This document shows positions 52,152-60,328 of a stretch of DNA of 64,000 bases, in pieces (position 1 is the stretch's first letter; each line of letters begins with the position of its first letter). Location: the NCBI GenBank assembly GCA_038144955.1, contig JAYQOT010000001.1:37812-101811 (forward strand), read 5' to 3'. Below the pieces are notes generated by a model that was not told the origin of the DNA, made no database searches, and saw only the letters and a list, made by a program, of their open reading frames with translations. The position numbers and the translations under genes were made by a program. This DNA comes from Burkholderiales bacterium. Its GTDB lineage: Bacteria; Pseudomonadota; Gammaproteobacteria; Burkholderiales; SG8-41.

Positions 52152-53543
52152 GTGAACAAGAACAAGCCGAACATCCTGGTGATCCTGGTCGACGACCTGC
52201 GCTTCGACGAATTCGGCGCCGGCGGCCATCCCTACTTGAAGACACCGCACATCGACCGCATCGCTCATGAAGGCGCGCTGTTCGAGCGAGCATTCCACAC
52301 CACGCCGATCTGCTCGCCCAACCGCGCATCGATCCTGACCGGCCAGTATGCCAGCCGCCACGGCATCATCGACAACGTGGCCCGCGACCTCGCCAGCCAT
52401 CGCCTGCCCAATTACCACCTCGAACTGCAGCGTCTGGGCTACGAGACTGCGCACATCGGCAAATGGCACATGGGCAATGATGGCAAGCCGCGTCCGGGCT
52501 ATGACTTCTGGGTGGCCTACGACGGCCACGGCAACCTCTACGATCCGAAGCTGAACGAAAACGGCACCTACGTGCAGCACAAAGGCTATGTCACCGACAT
52601 CATGAACACGATGGCGACCGACTGGATCCGAAAACAGGGGAACAGGAAGAACAAGAAACCGTGGTCGTTGTGGTTCGCGCACAAGGCAGTGCACCCCGAT
52701 GCGGAGCAGGCAGCCGACGGTTCGTTCAGGATGGATGGCTACCGCCCCGCCAAGCGGCACGAGAACCTCTACAAGGGCTGCGTGTTCCCGAAGAAGCCGA
52801 ACATGCAGAAACCCGCCGAGTTTCTCAAGCACAAGCCGGCGTGGGCTGAGGCCGTGGCCTTGCGCAAGACACCTGCCTCGAAGGTGATGCACGACGCAAT
52901 TCATTCCGGCAAGCAGGAGGAAATCCGCCTGCGCGCGGCGATGATGGCGGCGGTGGACGAGGGCGTGGGCATGATCCTGCAGGCGCTCGAGGAAACCGGA
53001 GAACTCGACAACACGATGATCCTGTTCCTCGGCGACAACGGTTACTTTTTCGGCGAGCATGGCATCGGCCCGGAACGGCGTTTCGCCTACGAAGAGGGCA
53101 TCCGCTCTCCGCTGACCATCCGCTATCCGAAGCTGGTCAAGGCCGGCACGAGACTGAAGGACCTGGTGATCCTGCAGGACCTGGCGCCGACGCTGATCGA
53201 GCTGGCCGGCGGCAGGCCCGGCGTGCATGTGCAGGGGCGTTCCCTGCTGCCGTTGCTGCAGGGCAAGCGGCCGCGCTGGCGCAAATCGCTGTTCGTCGAG
53301 TACTGGGCCGAGAATGCCTACCCCTGGCTGGTCAACATGACCTACAAGGCCGTGCGCACCGACCGCTACAAATACATTCACTGGGTCAATCGTGCGCGCA
53401 ACGGCGAACTGGACGAACTGTATGACCTGGAGAAGGATCCCTACGAAATGAACAATGTCGCGAAGAAACCCGCTTACCGCGGGATTCGTCAAAAAATGAG
53501 CCGGGAGTTGCGCAAACTTACAGCGGATGCTTTGGGTTTATAG
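52152..53543 (+). CDS. Cys-type sulfatase (formylglycine-dependent family), no signal peptide
   Basis: In-frame part of ORF 52107..53543. GTG at 52152 follows AAGGAAA. N-terminus (M)NKNKPNILVILVDDLRFD. C-x-P-x-R maturation motif PICSPNRASILTG and second signature GYETAHIGKWHMG are present. Confidence 0.85.
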   Translation: MNKNKPNILVILVDDLRFDEFGAGGHPYLKTPHIDRIAHEGALFERAFHTTPICSPNRASILTGQYASRHGIIDNVARDLASHRLPNYHLELQRLGYETAHIGKWHMGNDGKPRPGYDFWVAYDGHGNLYDPKLNENGTYVQHKGYVTDIMNTMATDWIRKQGNRKNKKPWSLWFAHKAVHPDAEQAADGSFRMDGYRPAKRHENLYKGCVFPKKPNMQKPAEFLKHKPAWAEAVALRKTPASKVMHDAIHSGKQEEIRLRAAMMAAVDEGVGMILQALEETGELDNTMILFLGDNGYFFGEHGIGPERRFAYEEGIRSPLTIRYPKLVKAGTRLKDLVILQDLAPTLIELAGGRPGVHVQGRSLLPLLQGKRPRWRKSLFVEYWAENAYPWLVNMTYKAVRTDRYKYIHWVNRARNGELDELYDLEKDPYEMNNVAKKPAYRGIRQKMSRELRKLTADALGL

Positions 53544-53624
53544 AAAGTTGATACGCCACGGGCCAGAGAGTATCTTGGGCCGGGAATTCTTTACCGGTTA
53601 TCGAATTTTAATGAGGAGAAAAAA

Positions 53625-54587
53625 ATGCAACGAACCAGACAATTTTTGATTGCGGTGGCCTTGTGTGTTCCTGTTGCCGTTGCGGCGCAGGGTTATCCCA
53701 GCAAGCCAGTTCGTATCATCGTTCCCTTTTCGGCAGGTGGTGCGACTGACATCGTGACCCGCGTGGTGTCGCAGAAACTCACCGAAATCTGGGGGCAGTC
53801 CATCGTTGTCGACAACCGTGCGGGTGCCGGTGGCAATATTGGGGCTGATCTTGCGGCCAAGGCCCCGGCTGACGGTTACACCGTGTTCATGACATCGGGC
53901 TCCATCGTCACCGCCAACCAGCACATGTATCGAAAGCTCTCCTACAACGCCGAAAAAGATCTGGTTCCGGTGACCAATGTCGCCAGCGGGCCGCAGGCCA
54001 TCGTGGTCAATCCCGGATTCGCGGCCAAGACGGTCAAGGACCTGATCGACATGGCCAAGACCAAACCCGGCAGCGTGACCTTCGGTTCGGCGGGGATCGG
54101 TACACAGACCCACCTTGCCGGCGAAAATTTCATCGCGACTGCGGGACTGAATGTCACGCACATTCCCTACAAGGGCGAAGCTCCGGCGATCAGCGACTTG
54201 CTTGGCGGACAAATCCAGTTCGTGACACCCAACCTGTCAGCGGCCATTGCGCATGTCCGCGCCAAGCGCCTGCGCGCGCTGGGCGTGACCAGTCCCCAGC
54301 GTTCGAAGCAGTTGCCCGAGGTGCCTGCTGTCGCCGAAACACTGCCTGGTTTTGAAAACCTGGGCTGGTTCGGTTTCATGGTACCGACCGGCACTCCGAA
54401 AGCGGTGGTTGCCAAGATCCATGCTGATACGGTTGCCGCGCTCAAGGATCCCGCAATCAACAAGCGGTTCGAAGATCTGGGCATGGTGCCCGTCGGCAAC
54501 TCCTCCGCGGATTTCGCCAAGGCGATCAAGGCGGAAAGCGCGAATTGGGCCAAGGTCATCAAGGCGCGTAATCTGCAGGTGAACTGA
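53625..54587 (+). CDS. Bug-family (TctC-like) tripartite tricarboxylate transporter solute receptor
   Basis: 320 aa. Signal peptide then YPSKPVRIIVPFSAGGATD, the hallmark Bug N-terminus. Confidence 0.9.
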   Translation: MQRTRQFLIAVALCVPVAVAAQGYPSKPVRIIVPFSAGGATDIVTRVVSQKLTEIWGQSIVVDNRAGAGGNIGADLAAKAPADGYTVFMTSGSIVTANQHMYRKLSYNAEKDLVPVTNVASGPQAIVVNPGFAAKTVKDLIDMAKTKPGSVTFGSAGIGTQTHLAGENFIATAGLNVTHIPYKGEAPAISDLLGGQIQFVTPNLSAAIAHVRAKRLRALGVTSPQRSKQLPEVPAVAETLPGFENLGWFGFMVPTGTPKAVVAKIHADTVAALKDPAINKRFEDLGMVPVGNSSADFAKAIKAESANWAKVIKARNLQVN

Positions 54588-54596
54588 CCACAATGC

Positions 54597-54637
54597 CGTA
54601 GGGGGCGTGGCACAGCGCCCGGCCCCCTGCGGGTTTT
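54597..54637 (+). terminator. hairpin plus short T-run after the first Bug gene (partial terminator or attenuator candidate)
   Basis: CGTAGGGGGC...GCCCCCTGCG, a 10-bp stem with one G-U pair and a 14-nt loop, followed by GGTTTT. It lies 20 nt before the next start codon. Confidence 0.35.
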
Positions 54638-54657
54638 CAACACCGGAAGGTCATTTC

Positions 54658-55533
54658 GTGAAGGTAGATACCCGTCAAGTCGAAGAGGCGTGCAAGGAGC
54701 TTTACATCCGCGCGCTGAAAATGCTGCCACCCGACATCAAGCAGGGTTTCCAGAAGCTCGACAACTGTGAAACCAATGCCACGGGCAAGGCGATACTCGG
54801 CACGATGATCCGCAACATCACCGTCGCCGAAGATACCAACAACCTGTTGTGCCAGGACACCGGCATACCGATCTACAACGTCGCCATCGGCACCAACGTG
54901 GCCATAGACGGCTATCAGCTGAAACAGGCGATCATCAACGGCTGCGCCCGCGCGACCAAGGAGCATCCGCTGCGTTCTTCGGTGGTGCATCCTACGACGC
55001 GCAAGAATGAGCACACTTCCTGCGGACGCCAGGTGCCGGTGATCAACATTGATTTCGTGCCCGAAGCCGAAACCCTGGCGATCGAGATGATTCCCAAGGG
55101 CTCGGGTTCTGAAAACAACTCCTGGCTGAAAATGGCCATACCCGCCGAAGGCATCGACGCCATCAAGACCTTCGTCGTCGACTGCGTGCTTGAGGCCGGC
55201 GGCAAGAGCTGTCCGCCGGTAATCGTCGGCGTTGGCGTCGGCGGCACCGCCGACCTCTGCGTGCACCTGTCGAAAGTTGCGGCGACGCGGCCGCTGGGAA
55301 GCGTCTGTGCCGACCCCGAAGGCGCGAAGCTTGAGGCTGAGCTGAGCAAGGTGGTGAACAAGCTGGGGGTGGGTGCACAGGGGCTGGGGGGTGATTCCAC
55401 CGCGTTCGCGGTGCATGTCGAAACCGCGGCAACCCACATCACGATGAATCCGGTGGCGGTCAACATGCAATGCCATTCTGCGCGGCGCGCACGTGCGACG
55501 TTCACACCGGCCGGACTCAGCTACGGATACTGA
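54658..55533 (+). CDS. Fe-S hydro-lyase alpha subunit (class I fumarase / tartrate dehydratase TtdA-type)
   Basis: In-frame part of ORF 54607..55533; GTG at 54658. All three cluster-ligand contexts are present: LCQDTG, KSCPPVIVGVGVGGT, NMQCHSARR. Confidence 0.85.
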   Translation: MKVDTRQVEEACKELYIRALKMLPPDIKQGFQKLDNCETNATGKAILGTMIRNITVAEDTNNLLCQDTGIPIYNVAIGTNVAIDGYQLKQAIINGCARATKEHPLRSSVVHPTTRKNEHTSCGRQVPVINIDFVPEAETLAIEMIPKGSGSENNSWLKMAIPAEGIDAIKTFVVDCVLEAGGKSCPPVIVGVGVGGTADLCVHLSKVAATRPLGSVCADPEGAKLEAELSKVVNKLGVGAQGLGGDSTAFAVHVETAATHITMNPVAVNMQCHSARRARATFTPAGLSYGY

Positions 55534-55534
55534 C

Positions 55535-56146
55535 ATGGCCCATTACGATCTGCACATGCCGGTGACTGAAGAACAGGTGCGCAAGCTGCGCATCAACGAC
55601 ACGGTCACGCTGCACGACACGCTGTACGGTATCCGCGATGCCACCCAGATTCACATGTTCGATCATGGTCGCAAAACCCGCTTTGACCTCAAGGGGCACG
55701 CAGTCATCCACACTGCGCCCAACGTCAAGTGGGTCGGCGAAACCGAAGCCCACCCTTCCGGCTATGCACCGATCTGCATAGGTACTACCACCAGCGCGCG
55801 CATGGAACGCTTCACGCGACCGCTGATGGAGCAGTACGGCGTGCGCATCATCATCGGCAAAGGCGGTCTGTTCGCCTCCTCGGCCAAGGCGTTCAGTGAT
55901 CTCGGCGGGGTCTACCTCGCGATCATTGGCGGCACTGCAGCGCTGGAAACCACCTGGATCGAACAGATAGAAGAAGTCGATCTCGATGACCTCAATCCGG
56001 AATCACTGTGGAAATTCCGCATCAGGGGATTCGGTCCGCTGCTGGTAGCGATGGATGCGCACGGCGGCAGCCTCTATACCGCGGTCAATGCAGCCGCAAA
56101 GGACAAACGCGCCGGGGTGCTTGCCGCACTCGGTGTCAAAAGCTAG
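55535..56146 (+). CDS. Fe-S hydro-lyase beta subunit (class I fumarase C-terminal domain / TtdB-type)
   Basis: In-frame part of ORF 55493..56146. The ATG at 55535 lies 1 nt after the alpha stop. GIRDATQIHMF and IIGKGGL motifs are present. Confidence 0.85.
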   Translation: MAHYDLHMPVTEEQVRKLRINDTVTLHDTLYGIRDATQIHMFDHGRKTRFDLKGHAVIHTAPNVKWVGETEAHPSGYAPICIGTTTSARMERFTRPLMEQYGVRIIIGKGGLFASSAKAFSDLGGVYLAIIGGTAALETTWIEQIEEVDLDDLNPESLWKFRIRGFGPLLVAMDAHGGSLYTAVNAAAKDKRAGVLAALGVKS

Positions 56147-56152
56147 CGATCC

Positions 56153-57868
56153 ATGAAAACCGTCAAGACCGATATTCTGATCCTCGGGTCAGGCGGCGCG
56201 GGGCTGTTCGCCGCACTGCATGCCCACCAGCACAACCCTGAACTGTCGATCACCGTCGCGGTGAAAGGCCTGCTGGGCAAATCCGGCTGCACACGCATGG
56301 TGCAGGGCGGATACAACGTCGCACTGGCCGCCGGCGATTCGGTCGAACGCCATTTCATGGATACGATCGAGGGCGGAAAATGGCTGCCTGACCAGGACCT
56401 GGCGTGGACGCTGGTGGAAACAGCCGTCGAGCGCATTCACGAACTCGAAAACGAACTCGGCTGCTTTTTCGATCGCAACCCCGACGGCACGATCCACCAG
56501 AAGGCTTTTGCCGGCCAGACTTTCGACCGCACCGTGCACAAGGGCGACCTTACCGGCATCGAGATCATCAACCGCCTTGCCGAGCAAGTATGGGCGCGCG
56601 GCATACACCGACTCGAAGAGCATCGCGCCGTCGAACTCATCAGGAACAAAGCGGGAGACGCGATCTCCGGCGTGCTGATGATCGACATGCGCAACGGTGA
56701 ATTCGTGTTCGTGCAGGCACAGGCCGTGCTGCTGGCCACCGGCGGCGGTCCTACGATGTACAAGTTTCATACGCCCTCCGGCGACAAGAGCTGTGACGGC
56801 ATGGCAATGGCGCTGCGCGGCGGGCTCACGCTGCGCGACATGGAAATGGTGCAGTTCCATCCGACCGGTCTGATTGCCGGAGCTGACACCCGTATCACCG
56901 GCACCATCATCGAGGAGGGGCTGCGCGGCGCCGGCGGTTATCTGCTGAACGGCGCCGGCGAACGCTTCATGCACAATTACGATCCGCGCAACGAGCGTGC
57001 CACGCGCGACATCGTCAGCCGCGGCATGTACGAGGAAATGCGCGCCGGCCGCGTCAACCGGCACGGCGGGCTGTACATCACCATGAAGCACCTTGATCCG
57101 GTCATGGTGCGCAAGGAATTCAAGGGCATGGTCGAACGTTGCGCCGATTGTGGTTTTGACCTGGTCGGAGGGCTGGTCGACGTGGTGCCTACCGCGCACT
57201 ACATGATGGGCGGCGTGGCGTTCAAGACCGACTGCACTACTGATCTGCCCGGCCTGTTCGTCGCTGGCGAAGATTCGGGGGGCGTGCACGGCGCAAACCG
57301 CCTCGGCGGCAACGGCGTTGCCAACTCGACGGTGTTCGGCGGCATTGCCGGCGACGTGATGCCGGGTTGGGTCAAGGCTCACGGCGAATACCGTGCGCCG
57401 GACGAGGAGGCCATGGCCGAAGCAGTGGCGCGTTGCCGTGCGCCTCTTGCGCGCAAGGGCGGTGATCTCAATGCAATCCGCGAACGCCTCTACAACGTCA
57501 TGTGGGACGATGTCGGCATCGTGCGCGATGCGGCGTCATTGACACGGGCCTCCGGCCTGCTCGACGAGTTGGAGGCGCAGCTCGATGCCACCGGCGTCGA
57601 TGGAACCAATCTCGCTTTCAACCTGACATGGCATGACTGGCTCAACCTGAAGAACCTGCTGCTGGTTTCGAAGTCGATCCGCTTTGCCGCGATGGCGCGC
57701 GAGGATTCCCGCGGCGCGCACTACCGATCCGATTTTCCCGAGGTGCGTGACCTGGAGAATTCGCGTTATACCTGCGTCAGCTGGCGCGAGGGACGCTTTG
57801 CCAGCGATACCCGCCCGGTGCACTTTACCCGCGTCAAGCCCGGGCAATCGCTGCTGGTTACGGCCTGA
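56153..57868 (+). CDS. FAD flavoprotein of the succinate dehydrogenase/fumarate reductase/L-aspartate oxidase family (SdhA-like, lacks the covalent-FAD histidine)
   Basis: 571 aa. GSGGAG dinucleotide fold. Substrate-site motifs FHPTG, EGLRGAGGYLLN, HYMMGG, GANRLGGN and ESRGAHYRSDFP are all present. The flavinylation context reads KSGCTRMVQGG, where E. coli SdhA has RSHTVSAQGG. Confidence 0.88.
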   Translation: MKTVKTDILILGSGGAGLFAALHAHQHNPELSITVAVKGLLGKSGCTRMVQGGYNVALAAGDSVERHFMDTIEGGKWLPDQDLAWTLVETAVERIHELENELGCFFDRNPDGTIHQKAFAGQTFDRTVHKGDLTGIEIINRLAEQVWARGIHRLEEHRAVELIRNKAGDAISGVLMIDMRNGEFVFVQAQAVLLATGGGPTMYKFHTPSGDKSCDGMAMALRGGLTLRDMEMVQFHPTGLIAGADTRITGTIIEEGLRGAGGYLLNGAGERFMHNYDPRNERATRDIVSRGMYEEMRAGRVNRHGGLYITMKHLDPVMVRKEFKGMVERCADCGFDLVGGLVDVVPTAHYMMGGVAFKTDCTTDLPGLFVAGEDSGGVHGANRLGGNGVANSTVFGGIAGDVMPGWVKAHGEYRAPDEEAMAEAVARCRAPLARKGGDLNAIRERLYNVMWDDVGIVRDAASLTRASGLLDELEAQLDATGVDGTNLAFNLTWHDWLNLKNLLLVSKSIRFAAMAREDSRGAHYRSDFPEVRDLENSRYTCVSWREGRFASDTRPVHFTRVKPGQSLLVTA

Positions 57869-57961
57869 GACCGCATCCCGGAATCAGACATTGCTGTTTG
57901 ATTTTTCCTGTTACGCAGGTGAAACTGCAGCGATATCCGAATACAACGAAGAGGGGGTACC

Positions 57962-58954
57962 ATGTCAAATTGCAGGATCAGTGACATTCGCAATCTGGTG
58001 ACCTTGGTGTTGATAAGCGGCTTTGCACTGGTGCCCCTGGGCGACGCTGTTGCGCAGAATTATCCGACCAGGCCGGTGCGCATGCTGCTGCCGTTCCCGC
58101 CGGGCGGTGGCAGCGACACCATTGCACGCATCGTCGGCCAGAAGTTCGCCGACGGGCTGGGGCAGCAGGTCATCATTGACAATCGGGCCGGCGCCAGCGG
58201 CAACATCGCTGCCGATATCGTGGCCAAGGCCCCGGCCGACGGTTACACCGTCCTCTTCGGCAATTCCTCGCTGGCGATCAGCCCGGCGGTGTTCAGCAAG
58301 ATGACCTACAGCCCGAGCCGCGATCTGGTGCCGATTTCGATGGCTTCGCAATATCCTTTCTCGCTGGTGGTGCACCCGTCGCTGCCGGTGAAGACGGTGA
58401 AGGAGTTTGTCGCACTCGCCAAGGCCAAGCCGAACGCGCTGGACTATGCCTCCTCCGGCGCCGGGACCATGGCGCACATGTCAATGGAGCTGCTGCGGAT
58501 CAAAACGGGTGTGCGCATCACCCACCTGCCGTACAAGGGCGCTGCGCCACAGTCGGTGGCGCTGCTGACCGGTGAAGCACAGGCGGCATTCATCGTGCTG
58601 CCGGTGGCTGCGCGTTATTTCAAGGATGGCAAGCTGCGCGGACTCGGCGTGGCGGCTGAGAAACGTTCCGCGCTCGCTCCGGAAGTGCCGACGATGATCG
58701 AAGCCGGCGTGCCCGGACACATGGCCATCCAGTGGAATGGCCTGCTGGCGCCGAGCAAGACCCCCCAGCCCGTGCTGGACAGGCTCTACCAGTCCTGGGT
58801 CGCTGCGGTGAAGTCACCGGACGTATCGAAACGCATCATTGCCTCGGGCGCCGAACCGAGTGGCAACTCCCCAGCGGAATTTGCCGCTTTCATGAAGGTG
58901 GAAACGGAAAAGTGGGCCGAAGTTGCGAAAGCGTCCGGCACCAAGCTCGACTGA
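57962..58954 (+). CDS. Bug-family (TctC-like) solute receptor, second paralogue
   Basis: 330 aa. Signal peptide then YPTRPVRMLLPFPPGGGSD. Confidence 0.9.
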   Translation: MSNCRISDIRNLVTLVLISGFALVPLGDAVAQNYPTRPVRMLLPFPPGGGSDTIARIVGQKFADGLGQQVIIDNRAGASGNIAADIVAKAPADGYTVLFGNSSLAISPAVFSKMTYSPSRDLVPISMASQYPFSLVVHPSLPVKTVKEFVALAKAKPNALDYASSGAGTMAHMSMELLRIKTGVRITHLPYKGAAPQSVALLTGEAQAAFIVLPVAARYFKDGKLRGLGVAAEKRSALAPEVPTMIEAGVPGHMAIQWNGLLAPSKTPQPVLDRLYQSWVAAVKSPDVSKRIIASGAEPSGNSPAEFAAFMKVETEKWAEVAKASGTKLD

Positions 58955-58972
58955 TCACGGGAACGCGGACGC

Positions 58973-59983
58973 ATGCCGAGACATACACTTGCTGAACTCA
59001 CTGATCTGGCTGCGCGTGCCCTGAAGCGCGCCGGCGCGTCGAAGGCGATGGCGACTGTGACCGCACAGGCGCTGGTGGCTGCCGAAGCGGAGGGTCTTTC
59101 CGGACATGGCCTGTCTCGCGTGGCCCTGTATGCGCAGCACTTGCGCGCAGGCCGTGCCGATGGCAAGGCCAAGCCGAAGATCATCCGCAAGTCGGGAGCC
59201 ACCTGCCTGATCGACGCCAGTGGCGGCCTGGCTTTTCCCGCTGCGGCACTGGCGGCTGCTGAAGCGATCAAGCGCGCCCGCCGTGCCGGCGTAGCTTTCG
59301 TCGGAGTGACCAATAGCCATCATTTCGGCGCTGCTGCGTACCATCTCGCGCCGATCGCTGAGGCGGGCATGGTCGGTCTCGCTTTCACCAATTCTCCCGC
59401 GGCGATCAATGCCTGGGGCGGGAAACAAGCATTTTTCGGTACCAACCCGGTTGCCGCGATCTTTCCGCGCAAGGCGGCAGCTCCGGTAGTCATTGACCTG
59501 TCGTTGACCGAGGTGACACGCGGCAAGATCATGTTGATGGCAAAGGAAGGCAAGCCGATTCCCCTGGGCTGGGCCGTGGATCGGGACGGCCATCCGACGA
59601 CGAATGCACAGGCGGCGCTGACCGGCAGCCTGACCGCGATCGGCGGCGTCAAGGGAACGGCGCTGGCGCTGATGGTCGAGGCATTGTGCGTGTCACTGAC
59701 CGGTGCGGCACTGAGCCGCGAAAACGACTCCTATTTCGAGCCCGGCAACAAGCCGCGCATCGGCCATGCGATCCTCGCCATTGATCCCGCGGCGCTGGCG
59801 GGCACAGACACCTACCACGAGCGCATGGAAGACATGATCGCCGGGATGCTGGTCGATGAGGAAGTGCGCCTTCCGGGCGCGCGGCGGCAGCTGGCGATGA
59901 CACGTGCCCAGTCCGAAGGTCTGGAGATTACGGACGGGCTGCACCAGGAACTCCGCAAACTGGCGGGCCGTACACGGTCCTGA
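58973..59983 (+). CDS. Ldh_2-family oxidoreductase (malate / L- or R-sulfolactate dehydrogenase type)
   Basis: 336 aa. GLSGHGLSR, VTNSHHFGAAAYH and GTNP segments are typical of the Ldh_2 (ComC/MdhII/YlbC) family. Confidence 0.82.
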   Translation: MPRHTLAELTDLAARALKRAGASKAMATVTAQALVAAEAEGLSGHGLSRVALYAQHLRAGRADGKAKPKIIRKSGATCLIDASGGLAFPAAALAAAEAIKRARRAGVAFVGVTNSHHFGAAAYHLAPIAEAGMVGLAFTNSPAAINAWGGKQAFFGTNPVAAIFPRKAAAPVVIDLSLTEVTRGKIMLMAKEGKPIPLGWAVDRDGHPTTNAQAALTGSLTAIGGVKGTALALMVEALCVSLTGAALSRENDSYFEPGNKPRIGHAILAIDPAALAGTDTYHERMEDMIAGMLVDEEVRLPGARRQLAMTRAQSEGLEITDGLHQELRKLAGRTRS

Positions 59984-60031
59984 CAGCGGACTGACCGTGG
60001 TTTCAGCCCGGTGACCGTAGGGACGACGGGA

Positions 60032-60328
60032 TCAGGCCACGCCTTCGACTATGCGCAGGTCACGCTCGACGGCGTTCCCGGCCAGCTCTTTCAGTACCGC
60101 CTGGTATTCGGCGGAGTCATGGGTGGCGCGCGCCTTCGCCAGGCTTTCGAATTCGATGACAACCACGCGCTGCATGAGTCCAGCCTCGTGCGCTTCGGCG
60201 GCCATGCCGCGCACCAGGAAGCGCCCGCCCTGGGCCTGGACGACGCCGGGTGCCCGTTCGGCGTAGCGCTTGAATGCTGCCTCGTTGCTGATCTTGCGGT
60301 AAGTGACGACCCAGTATCCTTTGGCCAT
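60032..60328 (-). CDS. DUF1330-domain protein
   Basis: C-terminal 98 codons of ORF 60032..60376. The ATG at 60328 gives MAKGYWVVTYRKISNEAAFKRYAE, a typical DUF1330 N-terminus. Confidence 0.7.
   Translation of the reverse strand: MAKGYWVVTYRKISNEAAFKRYAERAPGVVQAQGGRFLVRGMAAEAHEAGLMQRVVVIEFESLAKARATHDSAEYQAVLKELAGNAVERDLRIVEGVA

Noticed and set aside
52119-53492. 457-aa minus-strand ORF opposite the sulfatase. Also 47599..48765 (opposite the UxaA-C gene), 56189..57382 (opposite the flavoprotein gene), 54637..55536 and 45002..46039
   Set aside because: For the same reason: the plus-strand products have complete family signatures and the antisense translations have none.
56153-57868. Flavoprotein as an APS reductase (AprA) or L-aspartate oxidase
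   Set aside because: The partner Fe-S protein is SdhB-type (2Fe-2S plus two cubane motifs), not AprB-type. Two heme-b-type anchor subunits are present. The C-terminal ESRGAH domain and length fit SdhA/FrdA better than NadB. It cannot be fully excluded without phylogeny.
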